From: Alphaproteobacteria bacterium
GTDB taxonomy: Bacteria > Pseudomonadota > Alphaproteobacteria > CAAHEQ01 > UBA3637
Length of the DNA: 64,000 bases
Direction of reading: 5' to 3'
Assembly: GCA_017958225.1 (NCBI GenBank)
Contig: JAGDDD010000018.1
Span: forward strand, 613 to 64,612
The translations under genes and the position numbers were made by a program. Positions within the stretch are counted from its first letter, which is position 1. Every line of letters begins with the position of its first letter. Shown piece after piece: positions 1 through 11,202 of the stretch. Below the pieces are notes generated by a model, which was given only the letters and a program-made list of their open reading frames with translations, did not search any database and was not told the origin of the DNA.

Positions 1-971
1 CTCAGGCGGGAGAATTTACGCGCCGAGCACTTTACAACAATAAGATGGATTTAACACAGGCAGAAGGTCTGTTGGATCTGATTCACTCTCAAACAAAAGA
101 GCAGGCGCGTTGGGCAATGCGCCAAATGGGCGGCGAATTAGGTCAGATTTATCAAAACTGGCGTCAAGACCTGATTAAAATATGTGCTCAAGTTGAAGCC
201 TATATTGACTTTCCGGAAGAAGAAATTACCGGCCAATACGCGGCAGATATTCAAAAATTACTCAATCAAATACATCAGCACATTGAACAAGGCGAAAAAG
301 GCTTAAAACTGGCACAAGGGTTATTGTGTGTGATTGCTGGCGAACCTAATGTCGGCAAATCGAGTTTGTTGAATGCTTTGTTAAAAAAAGATGTGGCGAT
401 TGTATCGACCACAGCCGGCACAACACGCGACGTAATTCAGGCTCAAGTTGATTTAGAAGGCTATCCGGTCATTATTGCCGATACGGCCGGGTTGCGTAAA
501 ACACAGGCCAGTCTTGAAAAAGAAGGTATTCGCCGCGCGAAAGACTATGTCAAGAAGTCAGATATTTTGATTTATGTCATGGACAGCACACAAAAGGCGC
601 AAGTCATACCGGCATGGGTGCAAAAACATCCCTGCGCGCTGATTGTCTATAACAAGGGAGATAAAAAAGAACACGACGGACTGTGTATCAGTGCTAAAAC
701 AGGCAAAAATATAGATGTTTTGCAAAACAAGTTGCGCAAAAAAGTGGTTGACATGATGTCCTCATCAACACCCTTTTTGACACATGAAAGATACAAAGAA
801 ACACTACAAAAATGTTGTGAAAGTCTGCAACAATCCCTTAAAGCCTCAGAGATAGAACTGATTGCCGAACACTTGCATAGAGCCATACGCCTGCTGGGCG
901 AAATAACAGGTTATGTTCGGGTGGATGAGATTTTGGATCAAGTGTTTTCGACATTTTGCATAGGAAAATAA
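1..971 (+). CDS. mnmE: tRNA modification GTPase MnmE, C-terminal part (5' end cut by window edge)
   Basis: The frame stays open from nt 3 (QAGEFTRRALYNNKMDLTQAEGLLDLI). G1 motif GEPNVGKSSLLN, then DTAGLR, NKGD and the C-terminal FCIGK typical of MnmE. It directly precedes mnmG. Confidence 0.9.
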   Translation, partial: QAGEFTRRALYNNKMDLTQAEGLLDLIHSQTKEQARWAMRQMGGELGQIYQNWRQDLIKICAQVEAYIDFPEEEITGQYAADIQKLLNQIHQHIEQGEKGLKLAQGLLCVIAGEPNVGKSSLLNALLKKDVAIVSTTAGTTRDVIQAQVDLEGYPVIIADTAGLRKTQASLEKEGIRRAKDYVKKSDILIYVMDSTQKAQVIPAWVQKHPCALIVYNKGDKKEHDGLCISAKTGKNIDVLQNKLRKKVVDMMSSSTPFLTHERYKETLQKCCESLQQSLKASEIELIAEHLHRAIRLLGEITGYVRVDEILDQVFSTFCIGK

Positions 972-2813
972 ATGGAAAAGTATGATGTCATTGTTGTGGG
1001 CGGAGGACATGCCGGCTGTGAAGCCGCTGCGGCCGCTGCACGCATGGGCGCACAAACGCTTTTAATGACTCATAAAATCAGTTCCATAGGCGATATGTCT
1101 TGCAATCCGGCTATTGGCGGTTTGGGTAAAGGCACGGTTGTTCGTGAAATTGACGCGTTAGACGGGCTGATGGGCAAAATTGCCGACAAAGCCGGCATAC
1201 AATTTCGTGTGCTCAATGCCTCAAAAGGCGCGGCTGTGCAGGGGCTTCGCGCGCAAGAAGACAAAAAAATCTATCAAAAAGAAATGCAAAAAGCCCTGCT
1301 CTCCTATCCGCGTCTGACGGTTAAAGAAGGGCAAGTGGCTCACCTGTTATACGATAAAAAACAAATACAGGGCATTGAAACAGACGATGGGGCGCGGTTT
1401 TATGCGCCGGCTGTTGTTTTAACAACAGGCACTTTTTTTAACGGGCTGATGCATCAAGGGCCGGTAAAAACACAGGGTGGTCGCTATGGAGATCCGGCCT
1501 GCACAACTTTGACGGACGATTTGAAAAAATTGGGCTTAACCGTGTCGCGGTTGAAGACAGGCACGCCGGCGCGTCTGGAAAGAGATTCAATTGACTGGTC
1601 ACAAACACAGCGACAAGACGGGGACATGGAGCCGGTATTTTTCTCTTATACCACATTTCAGACAACCCAGCGCCAAGTGCCTTGCTATATCACACACACA
1701 ACTCAAGAAACACATAAAATTATTCGTGATAACCTGGACAAAGCGCCCATGTATTCCGGACAAATTAAATCTGTCGGACCGCGTTATTGTCCCAGCATAG
1801 AAGATAAAATAGTCCGCTTTGCTTCGCGCACATCTCATCATATTTTCTTGGAGCCGGAAGGGCTGGACAGTCCGTCTATTTATCCGAATGGCATATCAAC
1901 TTCACTGCCTGTGGATGTGCAAGACGCCTTTTTGCGCACGATTCCCGGCTTGGAAAACGTTAAAGTGATTCGCTATGCGTATGCGATAGAATATGATTTT
2001 GTGGATCCGCGTCAAATATACAGAACGTTAGAGACAAAACAATGTTCCGGTTTGTTTTTGGCCGGTCAAATCAACGGAACAACCGGCTATGAGGAAGCCG
2101 GCGGACAAGGGCTTATAGCTGGTGTCAATGCCGCGCTGAAAGCACTTAAAACGGGCAAAAACTTCACGCTCAGCCGCACCAACAGTTATATCGGCGTGAT
2201 GATAGACGACATTTGCACCTTTGGCATAGATGAGCCCTATCGGCTTTTTACCTCGCGCGCGGAATACCGGCTGTCTGTGAGGGCGGATAATGCCGACTTG
2301 CGCCTAACGCCTTTAGGGATAGAGATTGGTTGTGTCGGTAAAGAAAGACAGGAATTGTTTGAAAGCAAAAAGAGACTTTATGAGCAAACATCAGCGCAAA
2401 TGAAAAAACAGCGCCTAACCGCACAACAACGCAAACAACTGACCTATACAACGCCGATCCATCCGTCAAAAAGCCTGTTTGAACAATTGGCCTTTATTGA
2501 AGATGGGGAGCAGGTGAAAAAAGCGTGTCCGGAATATGCCCATCTGCCTCAATCTTTAATGTATGTTTTAATGACGGAAAGCAAGTATGCAGGCTATTTG
2601 GCGCGCCAACAACAAGACATAGAGGCCTGCCAAAAAGACGAATCGTTTCCTATTCCTCAAGATATAGATTATGCGCGCGTGGCTAGCCTGTCTTCGGAAA
2701 TGATTCAGCGCCTCAACAAGGCGCGTCCGGAAACGTTGGGTATGGCATCACGCTTGCCAGGCATAACCCCTGCCGCCTTGACATCTTTGTTGGCCTTTTT
2801 GAAAAAGCATTAA
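972..2813 (+). CDS. mnmG: tRNA uridine 5-carboxymethylaminomethyl modification enzyme MnmG (GidA)
   Basis: 613 aa. N-terminal FAD motif [16 protein letters not shown], then [12 protein letters not shown] and [11 protein letters not shown]. Start abuts the mnmE stop. Confidence 0.95.
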   Translation: MEKYDVIVVGGGHAGCEAAAAAARMGAQTLLMTHKISSIGDMSCNPAIGGLGKGTVVREIDALDGLMGKIADKAGIQFRVLNASKGAAVQGLRAQEDKKIYQKEMQKALLSYPRLTVKEGQVAHLLYDKKQIQGIETDDGARFYAPAVVLTTGTFFNGLMHQGPVKTQGGRYGDPACTTLTDDLKKLGLTVSRLKTGTPARLERDSIDWSQTQRQDGDMEPVFFSYTTFQTTQRQVPCYITHTTQETHKIIRDNLDKAPMYSGQIKSVGPRYCPSIEDKIVRFASRTSHHIFLEPEGLDSPSIYPNGISTSLPVDVQDAFLRTIPGLENVKVIRYAYAIEYDFVDPRQIYRTLETKQCSGLFLAGQINGTTGYEEAGGQGLIAGVNAALKALKTGKNFTLSRTNSYIGVMIDDICTFGIDEPYRLFTSRAEYRLSVRADNADLRLTPLGIEIGCVGKERQELFESKKRLYEQTSAQMKKQRLTAQQRKQLTYTTPIHPSKSLFEQLAFIEDGEQVKKACPEYAHLPQSLMYVLMTESKYAGYLARQQQDIEACQKDESFPIPQDIDYARVASLSSEMIQRLNKARPETLGMASRLPGITPAALTSLLAFLKKH

Positions 2814-3598
2814 AGAGAACAGTCTTTTTTCAAGACATTTTCGGGATTGACGCGTACGCCTTGCCAATCTAGCACAAAATGAACATGAGGGCCGGTTGCG
2901 CGGCCTGTGGCGCCAACTTCACCGATAATATCCCCTTGTTTAACCTTGTCCGATTCTTTCACATATAACTTTTGCATATGCGAATAACTGGAAAACAAGC
3001 CGGAGCCATGCTCGATTAAAATTGTGCCGCCGGTGTAAAATAAATCTGGCTCAGCCAACACGACAACGCCATTTGCCGAGGCTTTAATAGGCGTGCCGGC
3101 TGGTGCGGCAATATCCGTTCCGCTGTGCGATGAGCCTGTAATGGTTTTGTTATATACGCGCCGATACCCAAAACGACCGGAAATACGCCCTTCTACGGGC
3201 CAGATAAAGCACAAAGGCAATGCCTGCACGGACGATTGCTGGCGGGCTTTGGCCAACTTTTCTCTTTCGGCTTTGATTCGTTTTTGCGCCTTAGCCGGCG
3301 GTTGAACTGTTTCCGGCGGCACGCCATCCACATAATCTGTCGGCCACTTTTCCGCTTTGACAGGAACGGTAAAGGTTGTGCCATTAAAAATAATTTTCAC
3401 CGGCTCGGTCACGTCTCGACCCACGCCAAAAACAAAATGATTATTAAAGGGGGTCAGTGTTTTATCGCCGACCGTCAAGGAGTCGGTTTTGCTTGCTGGC
3501 ACATACACCAACTGTCCTTGGGTAAAAAAGGCCGGGAAAGGTCCTTGTTCTGCGAAAACAGGGCAAGCCAACAATAAAAAAAGCCACAAATATTTCAT
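2810..3598 (-). CDS. M23 family (LytM-type) metallopeptidase, secreted
   Basis: N-terminal signal peptide [17 protein letters not shown]23 motifs [14 protein letters not shown] and [13 protein letters not shown]. Confidence 0.8.
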   Translation of the reverse strand: MKYLWLFLLLACPVFAEQGPFPAFFTQGQLVYVPASKTDSLTVGDKTLTPFNNHFVFGVGRDVTEPVKIIFNGTTFTVPVKAEKWPTDYVDGVPPETVQPPAKAQKRIKAEREKLAKARQQSSVQALPLCFIWPVEGRISGRFGYRRVYNKTITGSSHSGTDIAAPAGTPIKASANGVVVLAEPDLFYTGGTILIEHGSGLFSSYSHMQKLYVKESDKVKQGDIIGEVGATGRATGPHVHFVLDWQGVRVNPENVLKKDCSL

Positions 3599-4833
3599 TT
3601 AAAAAGTTCCTGTTGTTGAGGTAACGTCAGCGCCTTGATTTGTCCGTCGGCAAAGTGCAAAGTTATGGTTTTGTTGGGCATAATCGATTCGGCGCGTGTC
3701 AAGGGATTGTTTTTGTGGTCGGTAACCAACGCAAAACCTTTTTCCAAAACGCGCACATACGAGACAGCGTCCAGCAAGTTTTTTGTGGCATTTAGGCGCG
3801 CCTGCGCTTGTCCAAACAGATTTTTCCACGCCATCCGCAAACGATTTTCTTTGTCATCCAGCCGTTGAATCCATTGTTCGACAGTTGAGCTTAAAGACGG
3901 CATACGATATTTCAGCGTTTCCGCCGCCGCTTTCTTTTCGCGGAGAATGTGGCAGGTTTTATCTATCAACGCCCGCTTTTGTTGTAACAGGCGCGATTGC
4001 AGATCCGAGCGCACAGGCACCGCGATTTCGGCCGCTGCCGTCGGTGTGGGTGCGCGCAAGTCGGACACAAAATCAATCAAAGTGGTATCTGTTTCATGAC
4101 CGACCGCCGAAATAACAGGGATGTCTGACGCCGCCACGGCTCGAGCCACATTTTCTTCATTAAAACACCACAAATCTTCCAGACTGCCACCACCACGTGC
4201 CACGATTAAAAGATTGGGGCGCGGCACTAAACCGGAAGGAAGAGACAGCCCTTCGGCCGGTATAGCGTTAAACCCGCTTACTGCTTGACAAATCTGTTCG
4301 GCGGCACCGTCTCCTTGCACAGCCACGGGCCACAAGACAACATGGCGGGCAAATCTTTCATCCAGGCGATGCATAATATCGCGAATAACCGCGCCCGTCG
4401 GCGAAGTAATCACACCGATAACCGACGGTAAAAAGGGTAAAGGCTTTTTGCGCGCCGGATCAAACAGCCCTTCTTTTTGCAGCTTTTCTTTTCTTTCTTG
4501 CAACAGTTGTAGCAAGGCTCCCTGTCCGGCCGGCTCGGCTCGGGAGACAATCAATTGATAATGCGAGGTGGCCCCATAAGCGCTGATACGCCCATAACAG
4601 ACAACTTCCAAACCTTCTTTTAACAAGGGGAAAACCGTTTCGGCATTACCGCGCCAACACACCGCGCTTAAACTGTTTTCTTTGTCTTTGAGTGCAAAAT
4701 ACACATGTCCGGAATTGTTGCGCTTGGCTCCAAAAACTTCGCCGCGCACCGCCACCTCCGGAAAAGCCCCCTCCATTGTTTGACGAACCAGGGTGGAGAT
4801 TTCTCCCACAGAAAAAACAACAGGCTCATCCAT
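3595..4833 (-). CDS. xseA: exodeoxyribonuclease VII large subunit
   Basis: 412 aa. OB-fold N-terminus (VGEISTLVRQTMEG...VRGEV), ARGGGSLEDLW motif, coiled-coil C-terminus. Confidence 0.9.
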   Translation of the reverse strand: MDEPVVFSVGEISTLVRQTMEGAFPEVAVRGEVFGAKRNNSGHVYFALKDKENSLSAVCWRGNAETVFPLLKEGLEVVCYGRISAYGATSHYQLIVSRAEPAGQGALLQLLQERKEKLQKEGLFDPARKKPLPFLPSVIGVITSPTGAVIRDIMHRLDERFARHVVLWPVAVQGDGAAEQICQAVSGFNAIPAEGLSLPSGLVPRPNLLIVARGGGSLEDLWCFNEENVARAVAASDIPVISAVGHETDTTLIDFVSDLRAPTPTAAAEIAVPVRSDLQSRLLQQKRALIDKTCHILREKKAAAETLKYRMPSLSSTVEQWIQRLDDKENRLRMAWKNLFGQAQARLNATKNLLDAVSYVRVLEKGFALVTDHKNNPLTRAESIMPNKTITLHFADGQIKALTLPQQQELFK

Positions 4834-5275
4834 TTCTTAACCCCTTAAAAAAGCGCGTGAGTAAAGCCTGACATTTCTTTTCTTCCAGTCCGCCGATAAT
4901 TTCGGGCTTGTGGTGGGTATGATTAAACACACGCGCGTTGTGTTCTACGCCGCCGGATTTAGGATCATACGCCCCGAACAACACTTTATCCACGCCTGCC
5001 CACGCCAACGCTTGCGCGCACATGGCACAAGGTTCAAGCGTGGTATAGCAACTATAACCTTGCAAATGGGTTGTTTTTAGTTTTTGACAGGCCTTTTGTA
5101 AGGCGCGTATTTCCGCATGAGCTGACACATCACATTTGGTAATAGTTTGATTGTGTCCTCGCGCTATGATTTGATAGGTTTTTGTATTAAAAACAACCGC
5201 GCCCACAGGGATTTCTTTGGCGTCAAAAGCCTTTTGAGCTTCTTGAAGAGCGGCGTCGGCGATTGTTTTATACAT
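4826..5275 (-). CDS. tadA: tRNA-specific adenosine deaminase
   Basis: 149 aa. CDA zinc motifs HAEIRAL and TLEPCAMCAQAL. Confidence 0.85.
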   Translation of the reverse strand: MYKTIADAALQEAQKAFDAKEIPVGAVVFNTKTYQIIARGHNQTITKCDVSAHAEIRALQKACQKLKTTHLQGYSCYTTLEPCAMCAQALAWAGVDKVLFGAYDPKSGGVEHNARVFNHTHHKPEIIGGLEEKKCQALLTRFFKGLRNG

Positions 5276-5319
5276 TTTTTTATACCTTTTTTCTTATATT
5301 GCCTTATAATAACATAATT

Positions 5320-6051
5320 ATGGAGCCAGGCAAAGAAAGAATCGCAAAATATATCGCCAGATCCGGCGTTTGTTCTCGTCGCCAAGCGGAAGAAAAAATC
5401 TTGCAGGGCGCGGTGTCTGTCAATGGTCAGCGCATAGATACGCCGGCCTTCTTTGTTTCTGATACGGATAAAATTGTTGTGGATGGCCACCTTGTGCAGC
5501 CGCAAGAGGCGGTGCGCTTGTGGTTGTATCACAAACCTAAAGGCTTGATGACAACGTATAAAGATCCGCAAGGACGTCCGACGGTTTTCGAAAAATTGCC
5601 GGCAGATATGCCTCGCGTGGTTTCTGTCGGACGGCTGGACCTAAACTCGGAAGGGTTGTTGCTTTTGACTAACAGCGGTGCTTTGGCGCACAAGCTGGAA
5701 GCGCCCTCACAGGGCTGGAAGCGCAAATATCGCGTGCGTATTCGTGGCGCTTTAACCGACGAACAAATCAAACAATTACAAAAAGGCATAACGGTCGAAG
5801 GTGTCCGCTATGCGCCGGCACTTGTTGAAAAAGACGAACAACAAGGCTCCGGAACGAATCAATGGGTTACCTTGACACTTACAGAAGGTAAAAATCGCGA
5901 GATCAGAAAGATGATGGCGCATTTTCATCATCCGGTCAGCCGGCTGATTCGCATAGCCTATGGTCCTTTCCAGTTAGGCTTGTTGCCGACGGGTGCGGTC
6001 AAGGAAATCCCCTCAAAAGTGATAAAGGAGCAAATATCATGCGTGTCGTAG
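5320..6051 (+). CDS. pseudouridine synthase, RsuA/RluB family with N-terminal S4 domain
   Basis: S4 domain (RIAKYIARSGVCSRRQAEEKILQGAVSVNG) and catalytic GRLDLNSEGLLLLTN motif. Start moved to the ATG at 5320, because the upstream part of the tracked ORF is a low-complexity translation of the divergent promoter region. Confidence 0.75.
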   Translation: MEPGKERIAKYIARSGVCSRRQAEEKILQGAVSVNGQRIDTPAFFVSDTDKIVVDGHLVQPQEAVRLWLYHKPKGLMTTYKDPQGRPTVFEKLPADMPRVVSVGRLDLNSEGLLLLTNSGALAHKLEAPSQGWKRKYRVRIRGALTDEQIKQLQKGITVEGVRYAPALVEKDEQQGSGTNQWVTLTLTEGKNREIRKMMAHFHHPVSRLIRIAYGPFQLGLLPTGAVKEIPSKVIKEQISCVS

Positions 6052-6617
6052 GCGGTCAATATAAAAACAGAAAACTTGTCGCTCCCAAAGGCGATAATAC
6101 GCGTCCGACGTTGGATAAAACGCGGGAAGCATTGTTTGACATTTTAAATGCGCATTTGAAGAAAAAAGGGCAAAAGTGGCAAGATATCGTTTTCTTGGAT
6201 GTCTTTGCAGGCACCGGCGCGGTGGGCATAGAAGCCTTGTCGCGGGGCGCGAAAAAAGCCTTTTTTGTAGAAAATAACGCCGAAGCGTTAGATTGTATTC
6301 GTCAAAACACGCAAGGGATGGACAACGCGGTTATTTGTGCGCTGGACGCGGCTTTGCCGCCCTTTACTTCTGTGCCGGCCGACATCGTGTTCTTGGACGC
6401 GCCCTATTATCTGCAGTTGTGGGAAAAGGCGCTGATTGCGCTGAAAAACAACGGGTGGCTGACAACGCAAACAACGATTGTGGTTGAAGTGGCCAGCAAG
6501 GAAGATGTCGTATTTCCCACAGATTTCGAAGCTGACAGCGAACGCGTCTATGGCAAAAACAAATTGTTGTTTTGTCGCTTAAAAGAGCTTAAAAAATTAA
6601 ACAATAAAGGAGAATAA
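6039..6617 (+). CDS. rsmD: 16S rRNA (guanine966-N2)-methyltransferase RsmD
   Basis: MRVVGGQYKNRKL..PKG.NTRPT.DKTREALFDIL, FAGTGAVGIEALSRGA and the DAPY motif. Confidence 0.85.
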   Translation: MRVVGGQYKNRKLVAPKGDNTRPTLDKTREALFDILNAHLKKKGQKWQDIVFLDVFAGTGAVGIEALSRGAKKAFFVENNAEALDCIRQNTQGMDNAVICALDAALPPFTSVPADIVFLDAPYYLQLWEKALIALKNNGWLTTQTTIVVEVASKEDVVFPTDFEADSERVYGKNKLLFCRLKELKKLNNKGE

Positions 6618-6618
6618 C

Positions 6619-7680
6619 ATGTCTTTAATTACTTTACGTCAATTGTTGGACTGCGCGGCCGAGGATAACTATGGAATCCCCGCCTTTAATGTGAATAATA
6701 TGGAACAGGTCTTGGCAATTTTAGCAGCAGCGGACAAAACGCAATCGCCGGTCATTATTCAGGCCAGTAAAGGCGCGCGCGCCTATGCCAATGACGCGGT
6801 ATTAAAGCATTTGATGTTGGCGGCGGTTGAGATGTATCCGCATTTGCCTATTTGTGTGCATCAAGATCACGGACCCACGCCGGATGTGTGCTTTTCGGCC
6901 ATAGCCAACGGATTTACCTCTGTCATGATGGACGGATCTTTGACGCCTGACGGCAAGCCGGCCAGTTATGATTACAATGTCAGCACAACGCGTCAGGTGG
7001 TGGATGCCGCGCATCAAGTCGGCGTCTCTGTGGAAGGCGAATTAGGTTGTATCGGCTCTTTGGAAACAGGCAAAGGAGATAAGGAAGACGGACACGGATT
7101 TGACGGCGCTATCAGCAAAAAGCAACTTTTGACCGATCCGGATGAGGCTGTGGCTTTTGTAAAAGCCACAAAAGTAGATGCGTTGGCGGTAGCCATCGGC
7201 ACGTCTCATGGCGCCTACAAATTCACACGCAAGCCGGACGGAGCGGTGTTGTCTATTGACACAATCAAGCGCATACACGCAAAACTGCCGAACACGCACT
7301 TAGTAATGCACGGCTCATCTTCTGTGCCACAAGATTTGCAAGACATCATCAACGCCAATGGCGGACAGATTCCGCAAACATACGGCGTGCCTGTTGAGGA
7401 AATACAGGAAGGCATTAAAAACGGCGTGCGCAAAATCAATGTAGATACGGACTTGCGGTTGGCCTTGACCGGCGCGATTCGTCAGGTCTTTACCTCTCAA
7501 CCGGCCGAGTTCGACCCGCGCAAATACTTGAAACCGGCGATGGCCACTATGCAGAAAGTTTGTGAAGAAAGATACGAACAATTCGGCGCGGCCGGACATG
7601 CGCCGTCGATTCGTCCTTTGTCGTTGGATAAAATGGCTCAACGTTATAGCACAGGAGAATTGGATCCGAAGATTCAATAG
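6619..7680 (+). CDS. fba: fructose-bisphosphate aldolase, class II
   Basis: 353 aa. Class II hallmarks YGIPAFNVNNMEQ, HQDHG and the GTSHGAYKF region. Confidence 0.9.
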   Translation: MSLITLRQLLDCAAEDNYGIPAFNVNNMEQVLAILAAADKTQSPVIIQASKGARAYANDAVLKHLMLAAVEMYPHLPICVHQDHGPTPDVCFSAIANGFTSVMMDGSLTPDGKPASYDYNVSTTRQVVDAAHQVGVSVEGELGCIGSLETGKGDKEDGHGFDGAISKKQLLTDPDEAVAFVKATKVDALAVAIGTSHGAYKFTRKPDGAVLSIDTIKRIHAKLPNTHLVMHGSSSVPQDLQDIINANGGQIPQTYGVPVEEIQEGIKNGVRKINVDTDLRLALTGAIRQVFTSQPAEFDPRKYLKPAMATMQKVCEERYEQFGAAGHAPSIRPLSLDKMAQRYSTGELDPKIQ

Positions 7681-7688
7681 GAGAATAC

Positions 7689-8339
7689 ATGTTTTTTGTT
7701 GCCCCCAGTCTTTTAGCTGCCGATATGTCCCGCTTGCCGCAAGAGGTTAAAAGCCTTTGCGATGCGGGCGCTGACTTTTTACATATAGACGTCATGGACG
7801 GTCAGTTTGTGCCGAATCCTACCGACTTTACGCCGGATTGTGTGGCTGAAATTAAAAAGCACGCGACGGTGCCGTTGGATGTGCATTTAATGGTCCAGGA
7901 CCCGATGCCGCTCATAGACGATTATGTCCAAGCCGGCGCTGACAATATTACGATTCATGTGGAAAGCCAGGGCGATATTTACAAGACGCTGGAGCATATA
8001 CATCATAACAAATGCCATGCGGGGTTAAGTTTAAAACCGAACACAGCAACAGAAAAGATTCTGCCCTATCTGTCTTTGTTAAACCGCGTGTTGGTAATGA
8101 CGGTTGAGCCGGGCAAGGGCGGGCAAAGTTTTATGCCCAACCAAATCACAAAAATCAAACAGTTAAAAGAGTTAAAAACCGCCGGACGTGGCTTTCAAAT
8201 CGAAGTTGATGGGGGAATCAATTTGGAAACAGCGGTTTTGGCGCGCGTAGCAGGTGCCGATATTTTGGTGTCGGGCACCTATGTCTTGTCCGCGCCGGAT
8301 CGCGCCCGCGCCATGCGCTTGTTACGAGGTGACCTATGA
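7689..8339 (+). CDS. rpe: ribulose-phosphate 3-epimerase
   Basis: 216 aa. PSLLAADMSRL, HIDVMDGQFVPN, VHLMV, MTVEPGKGGQSF and EVDGGI motifs. Confidence 0.9.
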   Translation: MFFVAPSLLAADMSRLPQEVKSLCDAGADFLHIDVMDGQFVPNPTDFTPDCVAEIKKHATVPLDVHLMVQDPMPLIDDYVQAGADNITIHVESQGDIYKTLEHIHHNKCHAGLSLKPNTATEKILPYLSLLNRVLVMTVEPGKGGQSFMPNQITKIKQLKELKTAGRGFQIEVDGGINLETAVLARVAGADILVSGTYVLSAPDRARAMRLLRGDL

Positions 8340-9019
8340 CAAAAATTATGATTATAGAAGACGAAGATAATTTGCAGACCATCTTGCAATACAATTTGTC
8401 TCAACAAGGTTACGAGGTGGCCTCGGTGCTGGATGGGGGCAAAGCGTTGGCCGAGATTCAAAGTCAAATGCCGGATCTGATATTGTTAGATTGGATGTTG
8501 CCGCATATGTCAGGCGTTGAGATTTGCAAGCGTGTGCGCCAAAATCAAAACTTAAAACACATTCCGATTTTAATGCTGACCGCGCGAGGCGAGATTTCTG
8601 ACAAGGTGTCCGGCCTGTCGGTGGGCACGGATGATTATATGACGAAGCCTTTTTCGTTGGACGAATTGCACGCGCGTATCAAAGCCTTATTGCGTCGCGC
8701 TCAACCCAAACCGATGGAAGCGCCTGTGCAGGTCGGTGCGCTGCAGATAGATAGTGCTAAAAAGCAAGTGATTCGCGCCGGTAAAATCATTCATTTGGGC
8801 CCGACGGAGTGGCGCCTGTTGCTGGCGTTATCTTCGTGTCCCGAGAAAGTTTTTTCGCGTCAAGAGTTGTTAAAACAGGTGTGGGGAGACGCGATTCATG
8901 TGGAAGAACGCACGCTAGACGTGCATATTAAACGCTTGAGAAAAGCCCTGTGTGCCGACGGACAACCGGACATTATCCGGACAGTTCGCTCCGCAGGCTA
9001 CGCTTTGATGAAACAATAA
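8336..9019 (+). CDS. OmpR/PhoB-family response regulator (PhoB-like), no adjacent kinase
   Basis: Receiver domain (IIEDE...DLILLDWMLPHMSG...MLTARGE...GTDDYMTKPFS) plus winged-helix output (TLDVHIKRLRKAL...RTVRSAGYAL). Close to my recollection of E. coli PhoB. Confidence 0.75.
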   Translation: MTKIMIIEDEDNLQTILQYNLSQQGYEVASVLDGGKALAEIQSQMPDLILLDWMLPHMSGVEICKRVRQNQNLKHIPILMLTARGEISDKVSGLSVGTDDYMTKPFSLDELHARIKALLRRAQPKPMEAPVQVGALQIDSAKKQVIRAGKIIHLGPTEWRLLLALSSCPEKVFSRQELLKQVWGDAIHVEERTLDVHIKRLRKALCADGQPDIIRTVRSAGYALMKQ

Positions 9020-9020
9020 A

Positions 9021-9485
9021 TTATGAACGCATTTGCTGGATGGCTTTGCTCATGACCGCATTGACAAGGCCGACTTCCGGTCCGTCGTAAAACGCGTGCG
9101 CCAAGTCGGTGTATTCTTTAATCAGGATGGCCGCGTCCGTTGCAGGATACAAAAAAGCCTCGGCCAAACCAGTGCGAATAATAGCCTTCAAAATAGGATC
9201 GATGTAATCTTTGTGCCAATTGTCAGACAAACAGGCGTTGAGCATCGTTGAAAAACGTTCTTCTTGGGCCGTCTTGACCAATTGCGTAAATAACGCGGGG
9301 TCAAAATCGTCCAAAGGCACTTCTGTTTCGTGACCTTCCGCGTCTTCCTGGACAACATTTTGTCCGACTTCGTGGTGCAAAAACTGATAAATCAAGCGTG
9401 TGTCGGCGTCCGGATTGACTTCAAACGCATAAAGGGCCTGAACGGCATGTAAGCGAGCATTAGTTTGTTTTTGAAAAGGTTTCAT
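9021..9485 (-). CDS. nusB: transcription antitermination factor NusB
   Basis: 154 aa. ARLHAVQALYAFE at the N-terminus. Located downstream of nrdR and glyA, as in many alphaproteobacteria. Confidence 0.8.
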   Translation of the reverse strand: MKPFQKQTNARLHAVQALYAFEVNPDADTRLIYQFLHHEVGQNVVQEDAEGHETEVPLDDFDPALFTQLVKTAQEERFSTMLNACLSDNWHKDYIDPILKAIIRTGLAEAFLYPATDAAILIKEYTDLAHAFYDGPEVGLVNAVMSKAIQQMRS

Positions 9486-9946
9486 TTTGGATTCTCTTGT
9501 CTAAGCAAGGCGATAAAATCTTCAAAATCTTGCGCCTTGGTAAAGTTGTTATAAACAGAAGCATAGCGAATATAGGCCACTTTGTCTATGGCTAATAGTG
9601 CCTGCATGACATAGCGACCAATCAGTTCACTGGAAATCTCCCCTTGGCCTAAACGTTCCAATTTTTGTTGAATCTGATTGACTAACAGTTCCACATCTTC
9701 GGATGAAAATTGACGTTTGCTGGTGGCGACATACACAGATTTTGCCAGTTTTTCCCTGTCAAAAGGTACGCGCGAATTGTTCTTTTTAATGACCGTCATT
9801 TCGCGAATCTGGACGCGCTCACAGGTGGTAAAGCGGGCATGGCAGTGCGGGCAAATGCGCCGACGACGAATAGCCGCTCCTTCCTCAACGGTTCTGGAAT
9901 CTTTCACTTGTGTGTCTTCGTAAGCGCAAAAAGGACAACGCATCAT
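9482..9946 (-). CDS. nrdR: transcriptional repressor NrdR
   Basis: Zinc ribbon MRCPFC...CPHC followed by an ATP-cone (VIKKNNSRVPFDREKL). Confidence 0.9.
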   Translation of the reverse strand: MMRCPFCAYEDTQVKDSRTVEEGAAIRRRRICPHCHARFTTCERVQIREMTVIKKNNSRVPFDREKLAKSVYVATSKRQFSSEDVELLVNQIQQKLERLGQGEISSELIGRYVMQALLAIDKVAYIRYASVYNNFTKAQDFEDFIALLRQENPK

Positions 9947-11202
9947 AGACCTCCTTTTGTGTTGATGGGGAATTGTAACGTCAGTTCGCGCACTTTATCT
10001 TGCGCAACTTTTATCATGGTAGCGATATGATCCGGCTGTGTTTGCAAAGTATCCAGCACGTCGGCAACAATGCGCGCCACCACGCGACAATCGTCTTCTT
10101 TAAAGCCGCGTGTCGTCAAAGATGGTGTGCCCAACCGAATCCCCGAGGTAATAGACGGCGGTTGTGTATCAGCCGGCACAGAGTTTTTGTTGCACACCAA
10201 ACCGGCCTGTTCCAAGGCCTCGGCTGCTTGTTTGCCGGTCAGATTTTGTGCGCGCAAATCAACCAATATCACATGTGTATCTGTGCCCTGTGTGGTCAAA
10301 GAAAAACCGCGTTGCAGTAACGTGTCGGCCATCGCCTTAGCATTGGCGACAACCTGTTGCGCATAGCGGGCAAAATCAGGCGACAACGCCTCTTGAAACG
10401 CCACCGCTTTGGCTGCGACAACTTGAGGCAAAGGACCGCCCTGCAAGCCCGGGAAAACTGCCGAGTCGATGAGGCGCGCCAATTGAGGGTTGTTGGTTAA
10501 AATCAAGCCGCCTCGCGGGCCGCGTAATGTTTTGTGCGTTGTGGATGTGATAACATCAGCATAGGGTGCAGGCGACGGATAAACACCACCAGCCACCAAG
10601 CCGGCAAAATGTGCCATATCGACCACCAGATAAGCGCCTACGGAAGCCGCAACTTCTTTGAACTTTTTGAAATCTATAATGCGCGGATACGATGACCCGC
10701 CGGCAATAATCAGTTTAGGATGATGCTGTTCAGCCAAGGCTTTGACTTGTCCATAATCTATCCAACCTTTGTCATCCACACCATAACCGACGGCGTGATA
10801 AGTTTTGCCGGAAAAAGACACAGACGCACCATGCGATAAATGTCCGCCCGCGCCCAATTCCATGCCTAACAGGGTATCGCCGGGTTGCAGCAAAGCCATA
10901 AAAACAGCGGCGTTGGCTGCGCTTCCCGAATGAGGTTGAACGTTGGCATACGCACAGGAAAATAATTTTTTGGCGCGCTCAATAGCACACGCTTCAATCG
11001 TGTCTATGTTTTCACAGCCTTGATAATAGCGATGTTGCGGATACCCTTCGGCATATTTGTTGGTCAAAACAGACCCTTGCGCCTGCCTGACCGCGGGTGA
11101 GGCGATGTTTTCAGACGCAATCAAATCCAGCGTCGATTCTTGTCGTCTTTCTTCCGCTTCTATGGCTTGAGCAATAACAGGATCTTCTGACAACGCGCGC
11201 AT
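9943..11202 (-). CDS. glyA: serine hydroxymethyltransferase
   Basis: 419 aa. LIASENIASPAV, NKYAEGYP and TSTTHKTLRGPRGG (PLP lysine) motifs. Confidence 0.95.
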   Translation of the reverse strand: MRALSEDPVIAQAIEAEERRQESTLDLIASENIASPAVRQAQGSVLTNKYAEGYPQHRYYQGCENIDTIEACAIERAKKLFSCAYANVQPHSGSAANAAVFMALLQPGDTLLGMELGAGGHLSHGASVSFSGKTYHAVGYGVDDKGWIDYGQVKALAEQHHPKLIIAGGSSYPRIIDFKKFKEVAASVGAYLVVDMAHFAGLVAGGVYPSPAPYADVITSTTHKTLRGPRGGLILTNNPQLARLIDSAVFPGLQGGPLPQVVAAKAVAFQEALSPDFARYAQQVVANAKAMADTLLQRGFSLTTQGTDTHVILVDLRAQNLTGKQAAEALEQAGLVCNKNSVPADTQPPSITSGIRLGTPSLTTRGFKEDDCRVVARIVADVLDTLQTQPDHIATMIKVAQDKVRELTLQFPINTKGGL